A stretch of DNA of 64,000 nt from Camelus dromedarius (Eukaryota): NCBI RefSeq assembly GCF_036321535.1, contig NC_087436.1:25484001-25548000 (forward strand), written 5' to 3'. This document shows, piece after piece, positions 1-12,545 of this stretch (position 1 is its first letter; each line of letters starts with the position of its first letter). The notes under the pieces were generated by a model. The model was not told the origin of the DNA. It saw only the letters and a list, made by a program, of their open reading frames with translations, and searched no databases. The position numbers were made by a program, and so were the translations under genes.

Positions 1-416
1 TCTGTGGGTCTGGATCTGGTCATAACTTAATTAGGTGCCTCTGAATTTGGTCTCTCTTGAGATTTCAGTCTACCTCTTAACTGGGGCTGCAGTCTCATCT
101 GAAGGCTCTACTGTGGGGTGGGATCCAATTTATAGGCTCACTCATATGGTTGGTGGCTGGCCTCAGTCCCTTGCCCTATGGGCCTCATCATGCTTCATAA
201 AGGAATAATGCAACATGAAAGGATACTTCATGATGTGGCAGTTGCTTTTCCCCAGGGTAACCAAAGTTATCATTTTATTGTCTGATCTCAGAAGTGACAT
301 ATCATCATTTTGCCAATTCTCTTTGTAAGAAGGGGGTTGATAAATTCAGCCCACATTGAAGGGGATTACACAAAGGCATGAATATCAAGGGGTGGGCATC
401 ACTGCTGCCCATCACA
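1..416 (-). mobile_element. MaLR LTR remnant (MLT1-type)
   Basis: Recalled MLT1 motifs in reverse orientation (tctgtgggtc..., ctcatctgaaggct, ggggattacacaaaggcatgaata); ends ...cccatcaca. Confidence 0.7.
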
Positions 417-2496
417 GCTATTTTCTGAAAAAAGTGTGAATAAGGATCAGAAAAACCAGCTCTAAAATACCCTATTACCTCCAGAATTTTCTGATTATTA
501 TCTTTTCATCCTTTCACAGTGGCTCAAGGTGATTATCAGTAAAACTCTTTCAGAAAAGGGTGGGCAGTGGGTAAAAGAGGCTGTACATCTGTGTCTGATG
601 GACACAAGAATGCTTATGAATAAAAAATTGCTCTACTCTCTAGACTGTCTCAAAAATAGCTTGACAATTTGGGGTTTGTTTAATAAGAAAAAGGAGAACA
701 CAGAAAACTAGATAGATTCTAAGTTGTTCTAGATTTTGGAAGAGGAACACTTGTGGGAGCCCCTGGAAGTTTCTGATGGAATAATGGAAAGAAGATTTCT
801 TCAATTCTTTAATCTTCATCTCTAAAATGAAGTGTAAAGTACCAACATTTCAGGTTTGTCATGAATATTAATAAAGAAAGAAATATCCTGGCAAGGTAGG
901 CATCTTCATACTCTCTTCTTTATCTTCATTCTCTCTTGTTTCCTCTATCATTTCCATAACACTGAAGAATTTAACCCATCAAGTGTCATGTAGTTTTTCC
1001 CTTCCTCCAAAAATCTATAGCAGTTTGAGTATCTAATGCTACTGATTGTGTTTATCATTATATTTAACATTCATTATTATTGCTTAGCTCTATATTTTGC
1101 AGTATTTAGCCTAGTTTTTGTACATTATAGATGTTCAACATATATTTATTGAATTCTATTGAGTTGAATTCATAAATGAATCTAAATGTTTACACAATTG
1201 CACTAATCAAAATAAAGACTGTATGCTAGTTTACATTAGTATCCCACAAAAATAATGAATACCAAATTTATACATTTTTACTATTTGCAGTAGTTGCAAT
1301 ACTGTCCTTCAGATGTGGTAATTTTGCTGTGAGCCCTGATATTAATTCAAAATCAATTTAATTCAATTTTTAGTTTATTTTTAAAGAATCAAGATGATTT
1401 CCAAAATGAAATGAATCCAGTGAAGTGATATGAATAATGTTTAAATTGTTTCATGTAGATTTTTGGCATAGAAACATTTTTTTCTAGCTTTGTTCCTTTG
1501 AGAGTACTTACAATTTTAATATAAATAATAAATTCATGTACTCATGTATTAGAATAAACTCACAATTACTAAGCAAAACTATATATAGCAAGAGACTTTA
1601 TCCTTTTTTTCCTAATAAAATGCCATCTTCAAATCATGAGTTACTTGTTTAGCTAAGGGAAAGTACCAAGTCTCTTAGGAAAATGTAAGCCACTTTTATT
1701 TGCTGTTCAGCATGACGATGTTAGCTAGTTTGGAGAGACTGATACTGCTTTTTATGGCTGTGACATTGATTTAATTTTATGATACAGAAGCAATTTATAT
1801 TGGAGAAAAGTATAACTATATTTCTTTTCTTTTGGAATGGTAAAATATGCAAGATAGGGAAAAGTTACACAGTTATTCTAATTGCATTTCTTTATTCCTA
1901 AAATTATTTTCATGAAACAACACAAGTCATTCAGAAGACTGCCTGGAACCCAATAAATATTTTTAAATTAGTTTTTATGATTATTGAAATTTTAAGAGTT
2001 ATATTATATTTTTCACTAACAGTAATTAAAATGTAACAACAAACCAAAATGCAGAAACTAACCCTTCATATTTTAAAACCAAATCTCTTCAGATGAATAA
2101 ATAACATTCAATCTTGTCTTCTTACTACAATGTGTGTGTGTGCGCATATGTATTGCATGTACAGGTGTACGTATATTTATATGAGAATAAGGATTTATAT
2201 TTACCAACTGTTAGTAATTTTGAAAATATTAATTCGTAATTTGAATTCTAAGTAGTAGTATTACAATGTATTCTATCATTATTACAAGTGTGGTAAAATT
2301 TCAATTAAAAAATTCTCCTAAACTGTACATTTTACTTGCCATCTTCCTTCTTGTCTTCTTTCAAATATATTGTGTGTTCTTCCATACATCATTTCCCCCA
2401 TGTAAGTGTGTGTGTGTATATTTAGATAGATACAGAATGTTTTGGTCATTTATTTTTTCACAAAATTGGTACCATATTAAATATACTTTTCTGAAT

Positions 2497-5240
2497 TATA
2501 AAAGTATATCACCTAATAATAGGGCTTTAAAATATATGAAGCAAAAATTGACAGTACTTATAGGGGAAATAAACAAATTCACAATAATGTTTAGGGACCT
2601 TAACACACTTCTCTTAGTTATTGATAGAGGAACTTGACAAAAGTAATGATTAAGGATAGAGAACATCTGATTGACACTATCAACTATCTTAGCCAAATTA
2701 ACATTTAAAGAACACTGCATCCAATAACTACAGAATGTGCATTCTTTTCAAGTACACACAACACATTCAATAAGGAAGATTATCTGCTGCACCATAAAAT
2801 AAGTCTCAATAGATTTCAAAAACAAATAATGAATCTCCCAAGAAATCTTTTTTGACTACATACAATAGAATTAAATTAGAAAGCAGTAAAAATGTAACAT
2901 TCAGAAAAGCACTCAACTATCTGGAAATCTGACAAATCACACATATCTCACAGGTAAAAAATAAATAATAAAGAAAATTAGAAAATATTTTGAACTAGGT
3001 AATTATAAAAATAAAACACCAAAATCTGAAGCATTTATCTAAAGAAACACTTAAAAGGAAATGTTTAACTTTAAATGTTTCTTTTGGAAAAGAAGAAAAG
3101 AGTCTGAAATTAATTACCTAATCTCCCACCTTGTGAAGTTTGAAAACAAACAATGAAACTTAAGTAAGTAGAATGGTAGAAAATAAAAACAAGATTAGAA
3201 ATTAATAAAATAGAAAACAGATGAATAGAGAAAAAATTTTAAAGTCCAAAGTTGTTGTTAGAAAACATCAACAAAATTGATCATTCCCTAGACTGAGATT
3301 AAGAAAAAAGGAGAGAGAATACAATTATCAATGCCAAGAATGAAACAGTGGGCCCTGCTGAAAATCCTGCAAAAATTACAAGTGTAAGGGAACATTAGAA
3401 CAACTTTACACCAATAATATTGACAAATGAAGAGAAATTCCTAAAGACATAAATTACCAAAACTAGTAAAAGAAATCTTAAATAAATCTTAAATAGAAAA
3501 ATTTAATCCTCATGTATCTATTAAAATAATTGAAATAGTAATCAAAACCTTCCCACAAAGAAAACTTCAGGCTCAGATTGTTTCATTGTTGAATTGTATC
3601 AGATATTTAAGAAGGAAAAGATTTTTGAAAAATTTCTTCTGTCTAGCACAGGGAACTGTAGTCAGTATCTTGTAACAATCTTTAATGAAAAAGAATATGA
3701 AAACGAATATATGTATGTATATGCATGACTGGCACATTGTGCTGTACACCAGAAAGTGAAACATTGTAACTGATTGTACTTCAATACAAAAATTTTTAAA
3801 AAGAAGAAATACTAAGCCAAGATGAATGCTTTCTACAAATAGGTAAGTAGGAAGTAGTTCCCAACTCATTTTATTTGGCTAAGATTCCTCTAAAACCAGG
3901 TAAAGACATCACAAAAAATTAACTTGAAATAACTTCATGAACATCAATGCAAATTCCTTAATAAAATATTACCAAATAAAATCCAACAATATATAAAAAG
4001 AATAATATATTAGGACCAGGTGGAGTTTATCCCAGAAATACAGCTTTAACATAAAAAAATCAATTTTGTATTTGGAAGATTCAAAGATCTCTTTAAACTT
4101 AATAAGAAGTAAACGCATAATCTGATTAATAAATGGGCCAAAGACTAACTGATACCTCAACAAAAAAGATATGCAGATGGAAAATAAGCATGTGAAAAGA
4201 TGCTCCACATCATATGTCATCAGGGAAATGCAAATTAAAACAACGAGATACCACTCCACTATTGGGATGGCTGAAATCCACAATACCTAAACATTAAATG
4301 TTAGTGAGGATGTGGAGCAACAGGAACTCTATGTTGCTGAGGGGCACGCAAAATCACATAGCCATTTTGGAAGTTGGTTTGGCAATTTATTATAAGCAAA
4401 CATAATCCTAACATATGATCCATCCATTGTACTCCTAGGTGTTTACCTAAATAAATTGAAAACTTACGTCCAAAACAAACAAACTTATGTCCTGCATACA
4501 AATGTTTATAGCAGCTTTACCAAAACTGAGAAGCAACAAAGTATCCAAGGTGTCCTTCAACAGGTGAATGGATAAACAAACTGGTAGGTCCATAGAATGG
4601 ACTATTACTCAGTGATGAAAAAAGATGAGATTTTGAGCCATAAAAAGAGATGAAGGGACTTTAATGCATATTGCTAAGTGAAAAATCTAGTCTGAAAAGT
4701 CTTCATACTGTATAATTCCAACTATATGGCATTCTGGAACATGTAAAATTGTAGAGACAGTAAAAAGATCAGTTAAAAGATCAGGCTTCCCGTGGTTGGG
4801 GAGCAGAGGGCAAATGGATGCATAGGTCAAGTTTAGGAGATTATCAGGGCAGTAAAACTATTCAGGATGATACCATTGTGGTGGATACATGATGTTATGC
4901 ATTTGGCAAAAGCCATCAAACTATACAAAACAAAGAATAAACCCAAATGTAAACTATGGTCTTAAATAATAATGTATCAATGTTGGGTCATCACTTGTGA
5001 CAAATGTACCATAGCAGTACAAGATGTAAATAATCAGGGAAACTGTGGTGGGGGGAGAGGGTGCATATAGGAATTGTACTTTCTGTTCACTTTTCTGTAA
5101 ACTCATTACTGCTTTAACAAATAAGGTCTATTAATAAAAATATTTAAAAATACATTTGATTCACCATATCACTAAATAAAGGAGGAAAATTACCTAATTA
5201 TTTCAATACGTGCAGAAAAAGCTTTCATGATAAATAAAAC
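2497..5240 (+). mobile_element. Old L1 fragments (ORF2 endonuclease to RT start, then ORF2 end and 3'UTR; L1MB/MC-like), degenerate
   Basis: Translation 'ISPNNRALKYMKQKLTVLIGEINKFTIMFRDLNTLL' resembles the L1 endonuclease; 3'UTR motifs such as aaatgtaaactatgg and acaaatgtacca; many stops. Confidence 0.85.
3635..3800 (+). mobile_element. Short young L1 3' end (camelid-type) nested in older L1
   Basis: tagcacagggaactgtagtcagtatcttgtaa...aacattgtaactgattgtacttcaat followed by an A-rich tail; same motif recurs at 10900, 30170, 41220, 42800 and 53640. Confidence 0.8.
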
Positions 5241-6738
5241 ATCTTTGCAAATTAGGAAAAGGTATGTGAAAATACATTTGCCTTCAAGCTGGTCTAGGGT
5301 AGCTCCATGTTTAAGTTTGTTAATGCTTGGAAATCTGGTACTGACTCTTGGCCACGGTGAAAATAAACTGTGCTACCTAGTACTTTCAATGTGCTGGTTA
5401 AAGTTCACAGTTTCCCTGGAGACAAAATACTCTTGTGTCTATTGTTAACTGAAAATGTATTATCAATGATTTACATCTAGTTTAATTGGTTACATAGCCT
5501 GGTTTTAGGTACTTTACCAGTGGAGTACAGAGGATTGTGGAGTATTGTGTTTTGACTTCCCTGAAACTAAGACTAAACACATAGTTTGAAAATGAAGGAT
5601 ATTCTGTGTAACCAAGAAAAATCCCTGGGGGCTGTGCTTAAAAGTTTTCTGATCTCTGAGATGATTTCTTGCAGTTCCTTTCTCTTGCTGTACCATATCC
5701 CTTATCTTTATGAACACCTTTACAGGAGTTTACCCTGTGGATGTTCTTTCAATTACCTGATTAATTGCTGCAGTTGGCATGGTGAGCAAGTTAATTGTAA
5801 TACTCTTGACTCAATAATATAAATAATTGCTAAGACTTAGTGTAGGAAAAAGAAAGATGAGGAATGGCAGAATGGAGAATATGCAGAGCCAGGATGGCTT
5901 CCTGACCACCTCTGCTTTGAGGTCCTCAATCACTGTGACAACTGAAAGGAAGAAACACTTATCAGTGGGAACTGGAGACATTAGATCTACAACAGCAGGG
6001 AGTAGCCAAATGGATTCTTAAAAATTCAAACAAAGGGGAGGTTAGCCCCTTAATATGGTACTTTGGTTGCTTTTGATTGCTTTGGAGAAAACAAAAGTAA
6101 CTGATAAAAATCTCAAGGCTGTCAAGCTCTCAAATTACAGTCCATGAACCTGTGTGTTCAGAGGACAAACATGACACCAAAGAAAGGTAGGCTTTTTTTT
6201 TTTTTTTAATGAAATGTGATTCTCATCCAATAATAAATCACTGCAAGGATTATATGGATTACAGGAGATATGAATTAAGATACACCTAAAAGATGGGAAT
6301 ATTGATTCAAATGGTTAAGTCATTTTGTGGAACATTATTAGTAGATTTATTCTAAGACATTATTTAAATAGATCATTGGTGATCAGGGAGCTATTCCCTT
6401 GTATTAGATGTTACTAAATGAAAAGGCACATTTGGTCTTAACTCAGGATCTTCATTAACTTCCACTTTGCAGGAAATATAGCTAGATAGACAAACTCCCA
6501 AACTGTTGAATGACATAAAGTAGAGATAGGTAATTTACAGCCTGAGAAAGAAATTGTCCAAATCCATCCCAAGCTATTAAATGGAATACTGTTTCTGAGG
6601 CTGCTGAAATGTGGGACGTGCAAACACACGTGGATTCGTTTTAATGATGATACAGAAGTAGTCAGTAACTCTATGCCTTTGACCAAAGTGATGTTTGATG
6701 CTGTGAGAAAGGAGTTTCCAATTGCTTATTTGGAGACC

Positions 6739-7557
6739 GAGGACGGGCTCCAAAAGAAGTGACGGGAAAGCTGCCGACAGGGGGCTCCCCCTCCCCCAGA
6801 GAGCCCTCTTCCTGTTAAGACTGTGAGAAGCGGCCCCCAGGGCGATGAGAAAGGCGGTGGAAAGGTCAGGTGGCCAGGCCCGGTTGGGGAAGCCCTTCCA
6901 GCTCCTGGTTCTGCTTCAGTTCCCTCATCCTGTGTCGGCAGCGCCGCAGGAATCTCATTATCTTCCGGGCTGCCTGGTCTTGCTTTTTGGTGAGAAAGGA
7001 GCCTTTGTTTCGGGCAGGCAGGCTGCCTGTGGGCCGGTGGGGAGGCCCAGGCCGGCGGCGGTAGGAGCGGTAGTGCTGCTGGATGAGTACTGCTGCTCTG
7101 CGGCTCTGCTGAAATCGCTTCTGTTCGTAGTAGCTTCGGAACTTGCTCTGGATCAGGATGGCTGCCTGGGTCATCTTCTTATAGAGTGCAAACTGCTTGT
7201 ACTTCCGGTAACAGCGCTGGATCACAGCTGCTGCTACCTCCTGCTGCTCCTTCAGCCGCCGGCCCTTGTACTTTCGGAAGGCTGTCTGGATGACCCGGGC
7301 TGCCTCATACAGTTCCCGCTGCTCATGATCCGATAGCGTCAGCAGGGCAAAATCACTCTCCATCTTGCCACTGGCAGACGCAGAGAGAAACTCGGCGCAG
7401 GAAGGTGCTGGAGGGATAGCCAGGCGACCCCGCTCTAAGGGCAGTTCGCTGGGAGGGGCTGAGCTGGGGAAATGGTCCACATTCTCCAGGTAGCTGGCCA
7501 GCCAGGACATGGTCTCGCTGAGCCCCACAGCCCCCGTCCGCTCCCGCATTGGGTCTC
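6739..7557 (-). pseudogene. CAMTA2: Processed (intronless), 5'- and 3'-truncated CAMTA2 retrocopy: last ~227 codons plus ~127 nt of 3'UTR
   Basis: GC/CpG-rich island in AT-rich DNA. The translation matches the recalled CAMTA2 C-terminus continuously across what are several exons in the parent gene. No poly(A) tail. Confidence 0.93.
6866..7549 (-). CDS. CAMTA2: Intact 227-aa ORF: CAMTA2 C-terminal fragment with tandem IQ calmodulin-binding motifs; lacks CG-1, TIG and ankyrin domains; expression unknown
   Basis: MRERTGAVGLSETMSWLASYLENVDH...IQTAFRKYK...IQRCYRKYK...IQSKFRSYY...IQQHYRSY...ELEGLPQPGLAT*. No stop or frameshift. In-frame TAG six codons upstream in the flank. Confidence 0.55.
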   Translation of the reverse strand: MRERTGAVGLSETMSWLASYLENVDHFPSSAPPSELPLERGRLAIPPAPSCAEFLSASASGKMESDFALLTLSDHEQRELYEAARVIQTAFRKYKGRRLKEQQEVAAAVIQRCYRKYKQFALYKKMTQAAILIQSKFRSYYEQKRFQQSRRAAVLIQQHYRSYRRRPGPPHRPTGSLPARNKGSFLTKKQDQAARKIMRFLRRCRHRMRELKQNQELEGLPQPGLAT

Positions 7558-7720
7558 CAATTCCCTATTGTCAGAACAGGGTCACATAAGGCAGAGTGAT
7601 GTGACAGGTGTTGTGGAGTACTTCCTTGCTGAGCTTCCCCAGTACGGGGTGGAGTAATGGGAAAATAGTTGCAATTTAAGAAGTAAACAATACAAATTAA
7701 ATGCATGAAATACCCATGGA

Positions 7721-7761
7721 GCAATTAAACCAAGTAGAAGGGCAATTAAACCAGGTAGAAG
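7721..7761 (+). repeat. 21-bp tandem duplication
   Basis: gcaattaaaccaagtagaagg followed by gcaattaaaccaggtagaag. Confidence 0.9.
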
Positions 7762-9097
7762 TGTTCAGATAGTTAATTAAAACAAGACATAAAAAAGGAA
7801 GAGATAGATGAAATAGCTATTAAAAATTTACTGGGTTACTATAAAAAAAATAGGTGGTTTAGCTACTCTCCACCCCTAATACTGCACAAAGACCACAGTG
7901 AATTTATTGTTTGCTATAGCTTTGATGAATTTTAAAAAATAACACAAAGGAGGAATGTAAAATTCCTTCTAAATAGTGCCAATTAAATGTTGTGAAGTAA
8001 AGGAGATGCTATAATTTTGAGTGGCAGGATGACTAGGATCTTTTAGTGTAACCCCAGCAGGGGACCAAGTCCATTTGCCTTAATAAAATGGTCTAGATAT
8101 GGTGAATAAACTTTATTGTGACTTCTTGACACTAGTGCACAAAGTACTGTCATAACTAAACTCATTAATCAAAGCCTAAAGGGCAATAGAATTATGTTAA
8201 GAAGATACAGTGATGCCACTATAAAAGACTTCAAAGTATGAGGAAGAATTTAAGAACAAATGTTACCTATGATTACTGTCCCACCCCATCAGTGTGTATA
8301 ACTGTAATGGGACAGATGTTTGAATGGGAGACTATGTCCTTTTCCAAACCATTGGAAAAGGGATATCATTCAAATCTGCTGTCATACTATTTTAATTTGT
8401 ATGCCTAATAAGAAACTTTACATTACCTAAACATACTTCAGTGGTTAATTTAAAGCAGTATCAGATACCTTGGAGAATATCAACACATTTCAGCTTTAAT
8501 TAAGGATATTTTAGATCCAAATCTCTCAGTACCCACAAGTTCTTTCTTTAGCAGTCCAGTATGGTCTAGAGAAAAGGTGATGGGTCCAGGAGGTTAACTT
8601 TAGACTACAGAGGACTACGTGGAGTGTTGCCTTCAACAGCATCAGTTCTTCCCAATGTGCGGTTAATTCAAACTGTCCTAGAAACTAAAGCAGATTCGGT
8701 GTTCAATTTGGCTAACATTTTCTTTTCAGTAACTACTTCAATTTTTTTTAAAGAAGAAAATTGGGGGTAAAAAGCCAGAACCAATGTGCAATCATGTGAG
8801 ACAAACTCTAATATACATTCAGAATCTATAATATTGTGCTTACATAGGGATATTTAAATTCCCTTATTGCCAGAGTCTAGAGAGAAGGACTTATACTTGA
8901 AATTAATATTAAATTGGAAGTACATAATACACACGTGTGTGTGTGTATAATATTGATGATATGTTGATTCTCGATTGGTAAATCAAGCTCAGATTGAGTT
9001 ATAAATTCTGGTTAATCATATAATTTCCAGTGTGAAGCTGGTTATTCTGGATAAGGTATACTGTTTATCACAAATGGGAAAATTCTTGGGAATATTC

Positions 9098-12000
9098 AAT
9101 TAGCAAATCAAATCCAATAATGTATAAAAGTAATCATTCATCATGATCAAGTAATATTTATCCCAACTATGGAAGGCAGACCCAAGATTTGAAACTCAAT
9201 TATTATAATTTATCACATAAACAGGCTAAAAAACCCTGAATCACATGATCATATTAGTAGATGTAGAAAAAACATTTGACAAAACCCAACACTCATTCAT
9301 GATAAAAACTCTAAGGTAAACAAGGAATAGAAGAAAATTATCTCAACTTTATAAAAAATATACACAAAATTACTACAGCTAATATCATACTTAATGGTGA
9401 GAAAACTGAAGCTTACCTACTAAAATCAGGTACAACACAAGATGCCCCCTCACCAGGCTTTTTAAACATCACACTAGAAGTCCGTGTTAATGTAATAATC
9501 AAGAAAAGGAAATAAAAGTTATACAAATTGGGAAGAAAGAAAGAAAAATTGTCTTTGATCACAGATGATGTGATCATCTATGTATAAAATTTTTAAAAAT
9601 TGACAAATTTCTGGAATTATTAAGCAAATCTGGCAAGTTTGCATGATATAAGATTTATATATGAAATCACTTCTCTATACATTAGCAATGAACAAGTGAA
9701 TTGGAAATAAAAAACACAATGCCATTTATATTAGCACCCCCCAAAATTGAATGCTCAGGTATAAATCAAGCAACATATGTACAAGATCTATATGAGCAAA
9801 ACTACAAAACCCTGCTGAACAAAATTAAAGAAAAACTGAATAGAGACAAATTTCATGTTTATGGATAGGAATATTCAATGTTGTCAAGATATCAGTTCTT
9901 CCCAATTTTATCTGTAGATTCAATGTAATCCCTGTCAAAATGCCAGCTAGTTATTTGTGAAAATTGGCAAACTAGTGTTACTTTATATGGCAAGGCAAAA
10001 GACCTACAATAGCCAATGCAATACTGAAGGAGAAAAACAGAGTTGGAGGACTGATGCTCCCAACTTCAAGCCTTCCTCTAAGTCTATGATAAGCAAGACG
10101 GTGTGGTATTGGCAAAAGAATAAACAAATCAATGGAACAAAAAAGAGACCAGAAATTGACCCATGTAAATATGGTCAACTGATCTTTGGCAAAGGAATAC
10201 AGTCCACACAATAGAACAAAGACAGTTTCTTCAACAAATAGTGCTGGAACAACTAAACATCCACATGCAAAAATAAATACATAGGAGAAAAGGGAGATCT
10301 CCTACATTGTTGGTGGGAATGCAGTTTTGTGAAGCCATTATGGAAAACAGTATGGAGATTCCTTAAAAGAACTAAAAATAGACTAACCATATGATCCAGC
10401 CATCCCACTCTTGGGCATATATCTGGAGGGAACTCTAATTCAAAAAGATGCATGCACCCCAGTGTTCACAGAACTACTATTTACAATAGCAAAGACATGG
10501 AAACAATCTAAATGTCCACAGACAGATGACTGTATAAAGAAGTTGTGAAAATTGGAAATTTTCCACCTGGAAAATTCCATATATACAGTGGAATACTACT
10601 CGGCCATAAAAAATAAAATAATATCATTTGCTGCAACATAGATGGACCTGGAGATTGTCATTCTAACTGAAGTAAGCCAGAAAGAGAAAGACAAATAACA
10701 TATGATATCAATAATATGTGGAATCTAAAAAAAGACACAAATAAACTTATTTATAAAACTAAAACAGACTCATGAACATAGAAAACAAACTTATAGTTAC
10801 CAGGGGGCAGGCAGGAAGGCAGAGGGAAGTGATAAACTGGGAGTTTGAGCTTTGCATATACTAACTACTATATGTAAAATAAACAACAAGTTTATACTGT
10901 ACAGACAGGGAACTATATTCAGTATCTTGTAGTAACCTATAATGAAAAAGAATATGAAAATGAATACATGTATGTATATGTATGTATGGCTGAAACATTA
11001 TGCTGTACGCCAGAAATTGACACATTATAAACTGACTATACTTAAATAAAAAATAAATACATACACAAATAAATCCAGATATAGCCCTTACACCCCTCAC
11101 AAAACTTAACTCAAAATGGATCACAGGCATGCATCTAAAATCCAAAACTATGAAACTACCATAAGGTAATAAAGAAGAAAACCTAAATGATCTTTGGAAT
11201 GATGATGACTTTTTAGATAAAACGCCAAAGGCACAATCTACAAAATAAAAATGGGTAAGTTGGACGTCATTCAAGTTAAGAACTTCTGCTCTATGAAAGA
11301 CAATGCCAGGCAAATGAAAGATGACTTACAGACTGGAAGAAAATACTTGGAAAAATATCTCTGATATAGGACATTCATTGAAAATATACAAAGATCTCAA
11401 AACTCAACAATAAGAAACTATACAACCTTATCAAAAATGGGCCAAAGACCTTAAAAGACACCTCAACAAAAAGACATACCAATGGAAAATAATCATATAG
11501 ATAGATGCTCCAACTCTTATTAGGAAAATGCAAATTAAAACAATAATGAAATACCACTACATCTATTAGAATGGCCAAAATCTGGCACAATGAGAATACT
11601 AAGTGCTGATGAGGATGTGGAGCCACAGGAACTCTTATATGTTGCCGACAGAAATGGAAAATAGTAGAGCCACTTTGGAAGAGTTTGGCAGTATCTTACA
11701 AAACCAAACACACTTTAACCACAAGATCCAGCAATTGTAATCCTCAGTATTTACCCAAAGAGTCTAAAACTTATGTCCACAAAAAGTCTGCACGTGGATG
11801 TTTATAGCAGCTTTATTCATAATTGCCAAAACTTGGAGGCAACCAAGATGTCTTTCAGCAGGTGGATGGGTTAATTAACTGCAGTACATACAGACAATGG
11901 AATATTATTCAGCACTAAAAAAACCCCCCATCTATTAAGCCATAAAAAAGACAGGTAACTTAAATGCATATTATTAAGTGAAAGAAGCCAATTTGAAAAA

Positions 12001-12435
12001 GCTACATACTGTATGATTACAATTCTGACATTACGGAGAAGGCAAAACTATAAAGGCAATAAAGAGATCATTGATCTCTAGCAGCTGGGAGTAGAGGGGA
12101 CAGGTAAAGAGGTGGAGAACAGAGGATCTGAAGGTCAATGAAAATACTCTGTATAATGTCATGATGGATACATGTCATTACACAGGTGTCCAAACCTATG
12201 GAATGCACAACACCAAGAGTGAACCATAATGTAAACTACATAATTTGGGTGGTTATGATGTGTCAATGTTGGTTCATGAATTGTAACAAATGTACCATTC
12301 TGTGGAGGATGTTGATAATAGGGGAGGCTATGCCTGTTTAGGAGCAGGGGATATAGGGGAACTCTCTGTACTCCCTCTTGATTTTTCTGTGAACCTTTAA
12401 CTGCTCTAATAAAAGAAAAGTCTTAATAAGAAGAA
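9098..12435 (+). mobile_element. 5'-truncated old L1 (RT region to 3'UTR, L1MC-like)
   Basis: ORF2 motifs (AEKAFDK-like gtagaaaaaacatttgacaaa, KTVWYWQKN, YGQLIF); 3'UTR ending ...ctgctctaataaaagaaaagtcttaat. Confidence 0.88.
10284..11048 (+). mobile_element. Younger camelid-type L1 3' fragment with perfect 15-bp TSD
   Basis: TSD aaaaataaatacata at 10269-10283 and 11049-11063; ORF2 C-terminus and 3'UTR lie between them. Confidence 0.9.
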
Positions 12436-12439
12436 AGAA

Positions 12440-12545
12440 AAGCAAGCCACAGCTCCCATCCACAATCAAAGGGAAGGGATTATGTGGGGATGGAAATAGT
12501 GGGAAGTGGGCATCATAGCAGCCATCTTAGAGTCTGCCAATCACA
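12440..12545 (-). mobile_element. MLT1 LTR fragment
   Basis: caaagggaaggggattat...gccatcttagagtctgccaatcaca; resembles 340-416. Confidence 0.55.

Larger units (their letters stand above)
5775..9095 (+). mobile_element. Degenerate class III (ERVL-like) internal region: putative gag, protease and RT, interrupted by the CAMTA2 retrocopy
   Basis: Protease-like LDTSAQSTVI at 8125. RT motifs SPVW (8553), DGSRRLTLDYRGL (~8579), FNLANIFFSV (8702), NIDDMLI (8949, decayed YIDD) and KFLGI (~9080). Multiple frameshifts and stops. The gag assignment is positional only. Confidence 0.75.

Noticed and set aside
6193..6207. T15 run as the retrocopy's poly(A) tail
   Set aside because: It lies ~530 bp beyond the end of the CAMTA2-like GC-rich sequence, separated by AT-rich flank.
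6845..7336. 163-aa plus-strand ORF and other overlapping ORFs (6870-7064, 7353-7724, 7472-7657)
   Set aside because: Antisense or alternative-frame shadows of the GC-rich CAMTA2 coding sequence; no recognisable protein.
6733..7557. Outward-facing BsaI sites (GAGACC and GGTCTC) at both insert ends, suggesting an engineered Golden Gate cassette
   Set aside because: A third GGTCTC lies inside at 7511, no vector, promoter or tag sequence is present, and the hexamers may be native to CAMTA2 or the target. Not fully excluded without raw reads.
5775..9095. Retroviral transduction of CAMTA2 (v-onc-like capture by the ERV)
   Set aside because: The ERV is extremely decayed while the insert is near-pristine and antisense, so the insert arrived long after the provirus died.
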